NCBI RefSeq assembly: GCF_902459465.1
Contig: NC_047062.1
Coordinates: forward strand, 13,950,001 to 14,014,000
Direction: 5' to 3'
Length of the DNA: 64,000 nt
From: Asterias rubens
Taxonomy: Eukaryota
This document shows positions 23,901 through 38,200 of this stretch, one piece after another. Position numbers and translations under genes: made by a program. Positions within the stretch are counted from its first letter, which is position 1; each line of letters opens with the position of its first letter. Under the pieces are notes generated by a model that was given only the letters and a program-made list of their open reading frames with translations, ran no database searches and had not been told where the DNA came from.

Positions 23901-26900
23901 ATCCAGTCGTAACTTGGTCTGCACCGGGGAGAGAAATAAACAAAGATTTTTATGACCTACAAGTACTTTGTCAGTTAATGTTTCCATGTAACATAAATGT
24001 TTATCACTTTGCGGACATTAAACATAATGTGAGCCTTTCAAGGCCATTTCCTTTATGCTGGAAGAACCATGATCTACTTATGACAGCCATTTATGAAAAG
24101 ACCTTTTCCAGTTAAGCTCTCCTTCTTTGCCAATCCAACGGGAAGTAAACAGAACGATAAAAGCCTGCTGAGACAGAAGTGACAAGCATAAAGTTGGATT
24201 ACCAACTTAACTGTCAATACACTCTTGGAAAAAGTAGGAACTTTTAATGAGTACCGTAATGAGTACTACTTTAACGCATGCGGTGTACGCTTTAAAAGAC
24301 TTTTCAAGCTATTTTAAAAAGGGCAAATAACAATCTGAAATGAGACTAGAGTAGTAAAAATATCATGCCTGTACAATATTCTCATTTTCTCCCCAATATT
24401 TCATGCATTGTTGTTCATGATATTATACGATGCCCTCTGCAGATGTGGAACATTTACAGTGTGATATAATAATAATACCAACAAATAAAAACTGTATATA
24501 AAATATGTAAAAAAGAAAAATAAGCACATTTTTGGATAAAGTATAAGAAGCAACGTGTTCATTTAGCATTTGGATACTGTAAAAATACAGGGAAAATGTC
24601 ATTTGAATTTTTATGTTATTCAGCCTTCATGCCTTAAGACCATATGGTATTTCAAGCATATTCTTTGACAGCATAAAATTTGCATGATGAAAGATGCCTT
24701 CAAAGAAAAGAAGAAAAAAAGTTGAGTACCACAGAGATTAGAGTACAAAGTGACAGATAGGAATAATCAAGATTGACGGTGGAGGGACAATTTTATCTGA
24801 GAAAAAATATACATAGCGTTGAATCAAGTCCAGGGTTTTCTTTTCTTTTTTTCTTGGTGTAGAAGGACAAATTAAATAAAGCTACAAAATTTCTGAAATA
24901 AGTATCCACATTCTCAGATGCTCATTGTATATTTTGGGGCCATGTATTAATGTATTAATGTAATTAATTGCTTGCACGGAATGAAGCCATTGTAAAACTC
25001 CCCCGAACAAAGATATTGACAAAACAGGGACACCGCCAATATAGGGCTAGATAGCTCAGTTGGTAGTCGGAGGTCGTTGGTTCGAATCCCACTCTAGTCA
25101 ATTCTTTGTTCAACGCAAAAAAAAAATTTGTATTCCTTAAACTTTTCAATAAACTATATGAAATTAACTGCAAATGTCAACAACAACTTAAACAGCCAAT
25201 AAAGGATGATCTGAATATTTCAACTATTACCTTTTTATGGCCAAATAGCCATCGTAGATACCGATAATAACCATTTTACTCTCAAAATTTGCATTTAATA
25301 ATAAATAACTCGAGTCAAAAATATACCCGGCCGTGCAGCTTTTTCATCCGAGAGTCAAAAACAGCTAATTTGTTAAAATGACCCCTTGATGCCAGTGACG
25401 ATTTTCCCCTAATTGAGTTTGAACACAGTTCTCCAGCTTTGGCAAACTGAGGTCGCTATTTTCCACATCAAATAGCCACCACTGACGTCACGATTCCTAT
25501 GGCGCGCGGGTTTGTTTGAGACTCATTGTATTTGTTTAATGTTTCCTATGGACTGCAGCTGTTAGAAAACTGTAGTATCTATATATTTGAGATCATCCTT
25601 TATTGGGACTGTCTGATTGATAAGAAAGAACACAAGTCATGATTAAGAAATATTTGCAGGCAAATAAAGACAGCACCCTGCACGCAATGTTTTCAGCATG
25701 AGGAACAAACAAGTACAAAGTTGATTAGAGATTTCAAAGGTACAGCTAATAGGGGTTGTGTTATAAATTAAACAGGTAGGCAGAAGCAATTACCCGATGA
25801 ACAGGGAAAACAAAAATAATGTCAGATGGGGGGGGGGGGGGGGGAGACAAGAAAGATTTCTCAGAGGACAAACAGAATACGTAAAGTCAGGTGAACAAGA
25901 TGAATGAAATCAGTGTTAGAATTGTGTAAAATCACAGCGTCTTTCCAATGCACACATAGAATACACATTGCCTCCGTCTGGATGTTGGACACAATACTCA
26001 AATTACCAGGGCCCAATTGGCTCTTCTTACTGCCGAATTCTGTGTTTACGATCATCATTTTCCGCTTGCGTGCAAGCTGTGTTAGCGTGGATAGCCTAGT
26101 AACATTGAGTACGCACGACCACACACCAGCCAAATTTCCCTGATTACCCATGAAATAAGCTTGAGGTAAGCACAGAATTTGATGCTTCCGTAAGTGCCGA
26201 ATCCACTTCGCTTAAATGGTAAGCAGAGCCATGAAATTGGTGCCTGCATGATGTAGTTGTTTTAGTGTGTGATAAATTACTTGTTCAAGTCCTACTTATA
26301 ACAAACAAAAACATAATTTACTCAATGTCCTTGTGGAAGTAAATTACTCAAATGACGGTTTTGTTGATCAGTTTATAAAGCACTGTCTTTTATAAGCCTA
26401 TTCACGGACACACGAGATGTAAAACCATTTGCACAACTCCATCAGTATAATAACGGACAAAAGAATTTGTTCATAATAAAAAATAGGTCCTTTGTTCAAG
26501 TATATATCCCTCAAGGTAAATTACGGACCTCAAAATCTGTTTCCGTTTCACAAGGTTTCACACAAGGAAGCAAAGAATGTCCAATAAAATTAATACAGGC
26601 TTGATATTTATATTTCCTTTTGTGGAACCGCCACAGTAACAAAAGTCCACTAATATTTTATGGTAAAATAACCAATTTTTGTAATATTTTTTTAGCTTGT
26701 TGTACACATTGGCCTATTATATTTTGTATTGGTTTTTGTTTTGATGTAAAAAGAGACATTATATTCCATTGAATAAGGCGAGAGACATATATTTTGACAA
26801 GTTATTTTTTTAATACTTTTTATGGAAGGGGGTGTGTTTTAATGGTCCCCTTAAAGCCAAGGGTTTACCTTTCTTTAGCTCAAAGTGAACAACTCTGAAA

Positions 26901-29251
26901 ATAATGGCATACAGATAAAAACCGGGAGTAAATAAAGTAGAAGAGTTTGATATTTAATTTAAGACAAAAATCTTTTTCATTGGATACATAATTGATGTTA
27001 TGCTGCACCATCTTAAAATGTTTTTTATAAAAATGGGGGAAAAAACAAAAACAAATGTTCTGCTCAAAGCCCAGCGTTTGCTTTCTTTAGCTCAAAAATG
27101 AACAAATGTTATCCACATTTATCTCAAATAGTTGCCATCCAAGCAAAAATACAGAGACAAATATAGTAACTATAGGTATATTTAAAATTGTGAAGACTTT
27201 GATAATTAATTTAAGACGTCATTTTGTCATCGAGTACTGCTGCACCATCTTAAAAATTAATACTTGACGGGCCTATAGGCTTTTTGTTATTACTGAGCAC
27301 AGTCTACAGCAGACACTGACGAGACGGATTCCCACCATGGCTCCCCAAACATACCCGCAACAATATCTTGCAGTTATTTTTCCCGCTCGATTTCATATCT
27401 GGGTTTGCGATTTGAGCCGCTCGGATGAAACATTTACCCATGTGCATTACAAGGCTTGGTAATAACGACTGGCTTGCAATCAACGGCCCTGGACGGACGG
27501 ACAGACAGTAGGCACCAGGGGAAGTGGAGTACCATCGTTTGGCAAACACGGACTCATAAAAAGAGAGAGGGGGGGGGGGGGTTGAAACCGAGTTGGGGGA
27601 GGAAGACTCTTCTAATCCATTGAATTATTATAAACCCTTGAGATATTCATTTCATCATCTAGTCTCTGTGGGATGGCAGATTTCTAAAATGCTTCCCCAA
27701 AACGAGACTCAAAGTTTGTACTTAATTTGCAATTCAGACAGAAATGTTTATGAATTAAGTAGCAAAGAGGCATCACACAAAAATCCCACATAGTTGTTCC
27801 TTGAAAATAAGGGTATAAAATACAAATAAGTTGTTGAATGTTCTCTCTGTCAGACCATAGATGAAAGATTCCACCCTTTGTACGAGTGGTTATATATACA
27901 GTAATACAAGCTCTATAGCTCTCCCCTTGTCCCTCCTTAAAGATGGCGGGTCGCTTGATGGAGAGATAGTCTTCAGCCCTCTAGGCCTGGCTGGTGACAT
28001 AACCCCCTTTCTAAACACTGAATGATATTTGCATTGGCTTCAGTTCAGGGCTCCCCTGCTCGGATAGTTGGTTCATATTCCCGGGTAAGAGATATTCATC
28101 AGTCGAGCCATCCGGTCATTTTGTCAACCCCCAACCCCCCCCCCCCCCCCTCCTTAACCAACCCCCCTCGCTTAAATGTTTTGCACTTTTCAGTCGTGCG
28201 CGAGCAAACATTTGCAGACACAAACCAAACGAAAGCTTGGCCACCGTGAGACAGTTTAGTGTTACTCATTAGAGTGAGAAGGGACACTCTGGACTCGTTG
28301 AGTAAACACTCCCACAAGGGCTGCACACAAAGGGATCCTGAGACTTCTATCTCAAGACAACTAAACAAAAAAAGGTGTGATAATGAGACTGGTATGTAGA
28401 GTCACGAGGACGGCTAGACAAATACTCAGGGGTTATACTCACACATTAGAGATGTCTATCACATGTTTGAGTTGGCTGTTGCCTTCTGCATGCATGATGC
28501 TTTGAAGTTGACCCATGACCTCCGAGAGACCCTGGTCGAGGTCAAAGTGCACAGGACAGTGTACAATCCAGTACCTACAATCGTATAACACATAGGGAGA
28601 ACAATTGAAATGGATAATTTGTTAACAAGAATATCAGCTGAATAAAATTAAACACACTAACTTAAAAAGACAAAATTCATATTATCAAACAACTTTGAAA
28701 AGGCAGTGGTGTGATTGATAAACCCATCCCAAAGAAGCAATATCTCATAATACCACGAGAAGAAAAAAAATCTGCATAAAAATCAAGTTTGAGTTAAAAG
28801 GGAAAATCAATTAAACATCTTTGTTCATATGAAATTAATACATGCATGTCATGTCTAAAGCAATATACAGAAGATGTTAATCAGCATTAGATGCTTCCAA
28901 TTTTCTGCAAGGCATTTCTGTCTAAAAGCATAATGGATGTCCATACATTAATTTTCAACAGGAATATTGTCTCTTGCAATCTGGGGCAATTAATTCTGGC
29001 AGCTATCATCTCACACAACCAGTGTTTCCACTGCAGCTGACCTGCATGTTAATGGTGATCCGCTTTTTTTTGTATGCTTTACAAAAAAAGAAGCAAAGCT
29101 TCAAAATGCTGTTGCAATGAAAATCAAGGTATTTAAGTGATATCGAATGGATTAACCAAAAACGAGGTACAAGAGTAAATATCATTGAACCATTGGACAT
29201 TGGCGTACCAGACTTTCCCCATATTTATTTATTTTATTATTATTTTTTAAA

Positions 29252-29282
<31 letters not shown>

Positions 29283-32200
29283 TTTTTTTTTTTTGGGGGG
29301 GGGGTCGGGATTTTGGAGGCAGTGGCTAGATATTGGTTGTGGGTGGGGATTGTTCAGTGTCATGCCATTCATTTGTGCATTTTGTATTATTTCTTGGGCA
29401 GAGGAGGGGGGATGAAAAGGTTCTTAGCGTGGTAACCATTTCCCTTGGAAGGTGAGATCATATAGTTTCGTGCTTAGCTTTATTTCCATTTATTTTAAGG
29501 CTTTCTAACCTGGGTACAATAGATACATCAATAAAATGCACTATAAATAAAAACCATTACAACTGGGCACATTATTCACTATTATTGTTGTGAACTCGGC
29601 CTGCATATTTACTGTAATTTTGTGTTGAACATCGATATAAATATGAAGGTGATCAATTTACTACAAAACACTCTTTACCGAGTGGGTAGGATGAATGTTG
29701 GACTGTATAATATAAATGCACCCACGTCAGTTTGACTTTCAAACGTATTTACTGATCAAGCAACGTACTACATTTTCGTGGGTGAAAAAAAAATAAGTAT
29801 ACTTTATTCTGGTGTTTGGGGTCAATAGAGATGTGATACGTGCCTGCGATCCGTTCATTTAAGAAGGGTTTTTATCTCATTACAATTCCATAAATAGAAG
29901 TCAAAAACATTTCATTGAGCATGAGTGACAATGAATCCTTCGACTGGAACAACTAATAATCTCTGTGCTTTCTGCTGTCCACCTGATCTGAGTTCTTTAC
30001 AGCGAATTGATGAATCGGATCCTAGATAACTTGTTGTGAAAGATGCAATAAAACTGCAATAACTGCTGCATCCTGGTGATATTTGGAGGTCATTGTTTGA
30101 GGGGGGGGGGTTCTTTGGCGCAATCTACAGTCTCATGTTTCTATCAATCTCCCTCTACAGCTCTCTCAGGCAAAAGAGTTGATACGACGACTCCGGCCTC
30201 GCGATGCATGATGATAAAAGGACAGCTTTTTTCCTCCGCTATGCTTGTTCACCCAATCCAACCAAGTTTACACTCACGGCTCATAAATACTAGCATGATC
30301 TACAAAGAGGGAGACTTGGAAGCGGAGCCCTTCATAGCGAGATGGAAAAGGTCACCAGGGAAGGAACAAATCAAGGCTGAGTGTAACGTAGAAAGCATTA
30401 TTGATTGTAGAAGTGGTTCATTATGATATACAGTATGCATACTTTTTGACGCAGGTTGATTTTGACAATTGTGTCTTGGTGCTGGTAAGCTAAAAGGTAA
30501 TTAGCAGGCCTGATACTTCACGGAGGCAACAAAACGATTTCCTCCATGCCCTTTGGTCATTGCCTTTGTGCCGCTGAAATGCTCCAGTAGAAATTTACAA
30601 CATTTCCTCATAGAGGTGCCCTTTGCCAAGGAGAAAATGCCTTGGTGCCCTTGCCCTTTCCTTTCAAAAACAAAGCATACAGGCCTGAATTAAATATATA
30701 TAAAAAAATAAAAAAATAAAAACAAAAAACACATAATGTAGGCTTTTATTCTGCAAAATCATATTTACACAATAATGCAAAGTATGAAGTCTCAATAATG
30801 TATGATGGATCATTAAGCAAGGGATTGCTGCAGCCGATATGGTTGGCAGCCATTTTGAGTACAGAGTCCAGAATGAAAGAGGACTCAGATAAGTTGAGCC
30901 ACTAACAGCTCTCTGTACAGGAAGGCTCAACTTTATCATAAAACAAGCCTACAAGCTGTATCCAAAAACATCAGAGAAGCAATAATAAACTGTAAGTTTG
31001 GTACAAACATGGAGGCAGAAAGAGAAGAAGAGGCTGATCAAAAGTCCAATGCCGAGGTTATAAGTACAACAATGGCCATAAGAAATTGTGTGATATGAAA
31101 TAACCTGCAAAATCCAGATATAAAGCTGTAATGGTCTGTGGACTTGCTTGCACATGTGCAAAGACAATGGAAAAATAAAAAGTATCTGCATGCAATTTGC
31201 ACAAATCGAACGGATACATTAGCTGGTGCAGTGGGAGAACTCAAGTGCCGGTTCCAGGTAATTAAGTGTAGAAAGCCGTCTCATAGCATTAGACTCTGCG
31301 CAGAAATGTCCATAAAATCCGCAGTGATCAGGGCCCAATTTCATGGCTTTTCTTACCACAGAGTTCTGGGCTTACGGAACCCTTGTAGCACACAATTCTA
31401 GGATACGTAAGCGCAGAACTCCACGGTAAGCAGAGCCATGAAATTGGGCCCTGCTGAGGGTTCAATTGGATTTGAAAATAGCATTCCCCAAATGCAAATG
31501 AGCTTAATTGGCTATGGTCTCTCAATATGTTTCCATGTACTAAACTGCGCCAATAAAGTATCTAAACACTTACACATGGTCAGATATATCGGAACCTGAA
31601 ACAGTATGCCACAAAATAATTATTCATTTCCAGTCACCGTTAATTTCTGCACATTTTGACACATCTTGTGTTGCGCTACGATGTTGTTTGGTGGATTTAC
31701 GGGCACTTGAGTGGCTTAAGGTCGAATTTCAAAAGTTGCAAAAGCCCCTATTCAAGCTAAATCGTTGTATTGTGACGAGTAAGATCGGCGTTTCTTTTGC
31801 TTGCCTTGTATAAATGATGTTTTTTTGGTCGCGTTTTGGATAAATCGGTTGCGATAAACATACTCACCAATAATTGTCAGTAACCAAGCAAAGGGGTCAA
31901 AGATGGGAGGCATACAACAATGGTAAGACAGGGAAAGGTGTTTCAAGATAACAGGAAAGATGGCTCAAACGACCAAACAGGAAAGAGGACGGATCGTTGG
32001 TTTGATAGAAGCCGGTACGTCGATGCGAGCTGCAGCTCATCAGGTAAAAACGTCACCAGCGACGGTCAGTAAATGGTGGAATCGCTACCAAGCTCAGGGA
32101 AATGTGGACGACCTGCCAAGGAGTGGCCGTCCGATGGTGACTTCTGCAGCAGAAGAAGAAAGTGAACAAGTCCATAAAGCCTGACACCACTCTCGAGGGG

Positions 32201-35200
32201 TTTGCGACGCATCCTGTTCAGGAAATGGCAGGGGATTGACCAGGGACAGATAAGAGGTCTCATTGTGAGTATGAGAAGACGACTCCTTGCCGTTCAGGAC
32301 AATGATGGAGGACACACCAAGAATGGAGGACAGGATAACAGCAGTTTTAGAGTTAAAGATACGGCAATTAATTTCATGGTCATGTAAACGAAACGAGTTT
32401 GTGTCTTTTGTCTTGATTTTGTCTGAGTGTGATGCTTATGTGAGTTCCCTTTTGGAATTGGGGTGAATAGGGGCTTTTGCAACTTTTGAAATTCGACCTT
32501 AAGCCACTCAAGTGTCCATAAATCCACCAAACAACATCGTAGCGCAACACAAGATGTGTCAAAACGTGCAGAAATTAACGGTGAATAGAAACGAACAATT
32601 AAATTTTTGTATGCTATTTCAGGTTCCGATAAATCTGACCATTTGTAAGTGTTTAGATACTTTATTGGCGCAGTTTACTACCTCCATGGTATAAATACTA
32701 TGTATAATAATCATCCCAAGAATGCATCTGCTGGAAATACTCTCTTTCAAAACTCAGTAGACAAGTAAATATGCAGCATGGTATTTTTATGAGAACATCA
32801 ATCATAACAAATACGTGACAGCAGGTCCTGAACACACCAGAATATAAATTTCTACCCTATAGTTTCCCATTACCCACTTAAATTTGTTACCAGATCGGAG
32901 AGTCCCGATTAGTCCTTTATAAAACAAGTTTTGCAGCTTGTATCCATCTTTTTTTAGCATTGCAGAATCTATGCTAAATGCTACAAGTAATTTTTTGTAC
33001 AAATATTCTCACATTTCCTGTTAAGAGATAATTAAATAATAGCACTATTAATTTACTGTAAAAATAAAAAAAGCAATACACACAGGCCTTCTCAATTATG
33101 TATCACCCAACATTCTGCGTATTGGCTTACGATGAATAACCCAGACTATGTAACGTATCCCGATTAATTCTTTTATGTACACTGTGCAGGGGCCTTTGTC
33201 TAACACCAGCAGACCTGACTGACGATACACCATAGAACCCATCTCATTACATTGTCATTAATTAAACAGTCAACCACTACCAGAGTGTGAATCATCACCA
33301 TGCGTAGTTGTGTATGTGGTCATCAATGACAGCTAGTCCACTCGTCAGTACCAGGTCTGCATATATTGAAATGAAATTGATGACGAGTAATCGGGCCCCT
33401 GGGATCTGCAAAAATGTAGTGTGCAGGTTCGTTGCAATCGCCGTGAAAGTGGAACGCTCACTGAGCATGTGAGCATCGTCTGCTTGTGATGCAGAGTACA
33501 AAACTTACTCTTAAAGGGAAGGTACACGTTTGGTAATTACTCAAAACAAATATTAACTTAAAAACGGACTTGGTAGTGAGCATGGGAGAGCTGTTGATAG
33601 TATAAAACATTGTGGGAAACGTCTCCCTCCGAAGAACGTAGTTTTTGAGAAAGAGGTAATTTCTCACTAAAATAATAAAAGTTTTCTAGCTAGAAGTCTT
33701 TTATTCCTATCTGAAAGCACACAAGTTCGTCCAACAAGGGTGTTTTTTCTTTCATCATTTTCTCGCAACTTCAATGACCAATTGAGCCCAAATTTTCACA
33801 GGCTTGTTATTTTATGCTTACAGTGGGATACACCAAGTGAGAACACTGGTCTTTCACAATTACCAAACGTGTACAGTGCCTTTAACAGAAACCATGTTGA
33901 TGATGTCTAGAAAGCCTGATATAAAACTGATTGTTTCTAGGCTTACACTAAGAATGTTCCAACCGTCTGCTCGTGAAGCAAAGTACGAAACTCACTCTTA
34001 ACGAAAACCATTCATACTTGTTGATGATGTCTAGAAAGTCGGATATTAAACTGATTATTTCTAGGCTTTCGTCGAGCATGTTCCAAGAGTTTGCTCATGA
34101 TGCAAAGTACAAAACTCGCTCTTAACAGAAACACTACATACTTGTTGATGATCGTGTAAAAAAGGTCGGATAAAATTGATTGTTTCTATAAAGAGCCTTT
34201 TTAGAGATGTTTTTATCATTAAGATATTTTTGCCAGACACTTTAATGGTGTTGTAAAATCTCTGTCTATTTTAAGACTGCCATACAAAAAAAACACACTC
34301 ATGATTTGACGAAATTGTGTGGCATGATAATTCCATGCTGGACAATTTTAAACTCTGTGGGTATTAGTATGTCAGTTAATGGGATTTTGCCTTTGATGAT
34401 AAAAGTATGGAATTTGACAAAAAGTCATAGTGTATCACAAGTAAGATTTTTGGCTACAGCGGGTCATAACAGATTTGAATCTTACAATAGACTAAAAAGA
34501 GGTAGAACAAGATGCAACAACAGCTATTTTGAACATTTTAAACACTGCTTGTTTTCTGCCAGAATTTTTTACAGAAATCAAATCTGCAATTGTCAATTGT
34601 TTTTGCTTAATCAAGGGGTGGTCGAGAGTCATTGCTGATAAAACAAGTCTTAAAACTAGGATTAAAATTTTAGTTGGTTTGCTGAAATGGTGGAAATTCC
34701 ACCTTTTGGTTATCCCTGGAATTATAGATGTCATCAAGGAGCTTTTAAGAATAGTGTTATCAGCACTGGAGAAGGTGGTTTTATAAATACCTTTTTTTCT
34801 CAATACAGACATCCGAGTTTTGATAAAAGTCTGAACAAATTTCTCATCCCTGTTAAGTTATTTGTCAGATGAAATAATCTCAATATATATTGGTCAGTCT
34901 TATATACAGCCAATTGAAGCAAAAAATCCAGTCTTTAATTATGCAAATGTTGCTTCCGAAGAATGAAAATACCCCCCCCCCCCCAATCACTTAAAAACAC
35001 AGCTACAGAAAGCAAGACAGGAACACCTGCTTAAGCCCAATAGTTGCATCTGCAAATCTTGAGGTTGCTGTAGCATCAGAGGGAAGGGGTCAAGTATGCG
35101 CAAGGACCTTTTTTCAACTACAGTGATTTTTGTGATGGCAACAAGGTTTGGTTCTTCTGAAAACACTCTGGTAAATGACCACCCGCATCCATGTCACACT

Positions 35201-38200
35201 CGGTGACTGTGCCATGGTCACCATTTTGGGAGTCAACAGGTAAGCCTGTTAAACACCAAATTGCCTAAAATTTGCTCAACATTGTATTAAACACACAGAG
35301 ACTATGACTCCAAAAATGGCACAACCAAGATAATTGTGCGGATGCCATCAGGTGAATCGAGTCAATACAAATTAAAGACGGGGATTGATAGCTAATAATC
35401 AATCATAAATATTGAATAACTTCAATTAATTTCAATCAGTTGACCATGGAGCTAAGGTTTTCACTTTTTTATTTCTGCAGTTGACAAGTCCACAAGTCCT
35501 CCTAACAAAAACCCTAAAATAATTCAAAAAGTAATATTTTTTTAAAGATCATCTTTTTGGATTGCAAATAGAAATCCAATTTTGCAGAAAGATATTCAAA
35601 TATATATTTGTATATTAAACTGGTAGGGGAGATGGCTTTATCTTTCAATCCACATTGGCCCTTTGTCAGAGGCATACAAATATATAAATACAGTATACAG
35701 TACTGACATACACATATTTCTGTGTATATTTCTTATCTGGATAAAATAACAAACGGATGCATAATGCTAGTTATTGGGCCCATGATATATTCAAATACTA
35801 AGTTGACATCACAAACCCAGCTGACAAATGCATTCTTCATATACAGCGAGTCTCCAGCGATAACCGATGACAAAATAACGAACCTCAGCCAACGGGCAAA
35901 ACTACATGGTTTATAACTCGACACACACAACCTGAGGTAACTGACCAAACGATGCCATACCCTATAGAATCGATGACTGAAAATCCCAGTCACTGGATGG
36001 ATGACGATGTTAGCCCTCGAGCAAGATAAAAAAATATCGCCACCACTTTGGCACTCACTGGTTTAACACTTCCATCTCGATCTTCAGCTTCTCCAGCCAT
36101 TGCAACCGGGACCCTGGAGGGATCATCTGTATCCCATGGTGAGGGAAAGAATCCAAGAGGGAATGAAGCCAAGACCCCGTGTCCCTATGGCTACTGATCC
36201 AATCGATGTAGAAGGGTAGCTGTTGGCACTGTTTAATCATCTTGTGGATCCATCCACACGTATAGTATGGTCATCGCACAGGATACAGTTTTCCATAATG
36301 AAGGGCTTGCAGTGTATAATACAGTGCCTGGTCTGAAGCAGGCACACGTAAGAGCATACTTTCAAGTCACGGGTGGGTGGATTGCGTCTTGGCTGTTTTA
36401 CAAAACCATGTGAGGACTCAAAGAAATTTCATCCTGCTGATCCACCATCTTCGACATGTCATGTTCCCCGTCTTCTGCACAAAGTTATCATAATAAATTG
36501 ACTGTTGATTGTTCTTCCACAAAAAGGGGCCAGAATATTTTTTCTTTCTTATAGCCTTGCTTTTGATAGGCCTACATTTATTGTAAAAGGGGATGAACAA
36601 AATGGCTGCCTCTAGAATTCTATGTACCGATCCATCTATAGATAAATTTTATTTGTCCTGTAAAGTGTTTTTTCCTTCTTTACTTGAACGTTTTTTATGT
36701 TTGTTAACGCACATGAATAAAAACATCCCTACCTACCCCGACACATATTTCCAAAAGTCTGAGCATCAATCTTTAAATAATTTCCCTATAGCTCTTGGCA
36801 AATATGACCATTTTTTTCAGGACCTGTTGCCAAAATGCCTCAAGTTGGAAGTCAACATCCTCCAGGTCACATTGGGGGAAATTTGCAGAATGTTCCTTTT
36901 TTATTTGGCTCTCAAAATAGTCTAAATGTAGAATATTTTGAGGTACAAAATATTCATGATGCTGACACCCTTTTTTCTCCCTATTGAGTGGTGTGCACCC
37001 TAAATAGACCATACTTGAGACCGGATAACACTTTGATTTAATGCTAGGTTGTACCCCGAGGCAAAGTTTGTTATGAAAAGATTCCAATTATTATTGCGAC
37101 GGAATAGACATTAATACATTGTTACATGCTGCAGTGCTACAGGGTCACTGAAGTCTATATACAATGTGATAAAATTACTTAATTAAAAGCAAATTAGTTG
37201 TCCGATATATTTCCCCACGGTAATAAATAAGTAGCGTGAGAGTATTAGACGTTCAAGCAGAACCATTGTCTGAATGAAATCTCATAAGGGTCTGGGTAAT
37301 TTTTGTACAACACAAAACACTACCATCCACAGATTTTCAGTAAACTTACATGGTTTAAAGATAATGGATGAAGAAAGCTTCCCTTAATATATAACATGCT
37401 GGGATGCTGTAGTTTTTGAGAAATGAGTAAAATAATTCATTGTATTTGGCTGAAACCTTTACTTGTGCCTTTTTTGTATCATTTATGATTTTCGCATCGG
37501 TATTTGGCTCTTCTTTTAAACTATGACCGTGCCCTTAAAATTAAAGGGGAATAATAATAAGAACAGTACAATTAAAATCACTTAAAAGTGAATGCAAAAA
37601 AAACTAACTACATGCTGTTGTGTTTCTTGGAGGAAACTCAAATTTACCCTCCAGAATAATTGTGACTATCGAAGCCGGCTGATTATGCAATGATTCTAGT
37701 TAACCCCAAATACGCGGTAAACTTAATTTCCCCGCTTCTAAAAGTAACCCCCATTGCTAAAAACAGCGGCCATTATCTTGCGCCGACCAATGAGCAGACA
37801 TGGCCTCCTTTTCACAATGAGATTACAGTTGGAAATGGTCCATTTAATTAGGTGCTCCTTTCCATCAGCAAGCAATTAATGCTAGCAACCGCCAGCTGAA
37901 CCATCCCGATAACAAGCATTCTACCCCCCCCCCCCCAATGTGGATTTGGAGGAGGGACAAACTTTATTTGGAAGGGGAGGGAATGAATAAAACTTCACCA
38001 AAAAAGAGGAAATTACAAAATTCCAACAGTTTTGTATAGTGCTTTTTGCAAGTTTGAATGGCACTGCAAAATTATGAGAATATAAAAAGAGGAATTCAGC
38101 TGATCCGAGGAAAAATTGCATTATAAAGGATTTCTTCTGGCTAAAAAAACTCAGCATTGCAATGCATTGGTTAAAAAAGAAATGATGTTAAGAAATCACT

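Noticed and set aside
25043-25117. tRNA-like sequence with A and B boxes
   Set aside because: The anticodon arm is missing, there is no acceptor stem, and the tail is shared with other copies, so it is a SINE head and not a tRNA gene
30278-30299. 22-nt exon-like segment (TTGTAG|...|GTGAGT) on the minus strand
   Set aside because: It would shift the frame and there is no supporting evidence. It could be a poison exon but cannot be distinguished from chance.
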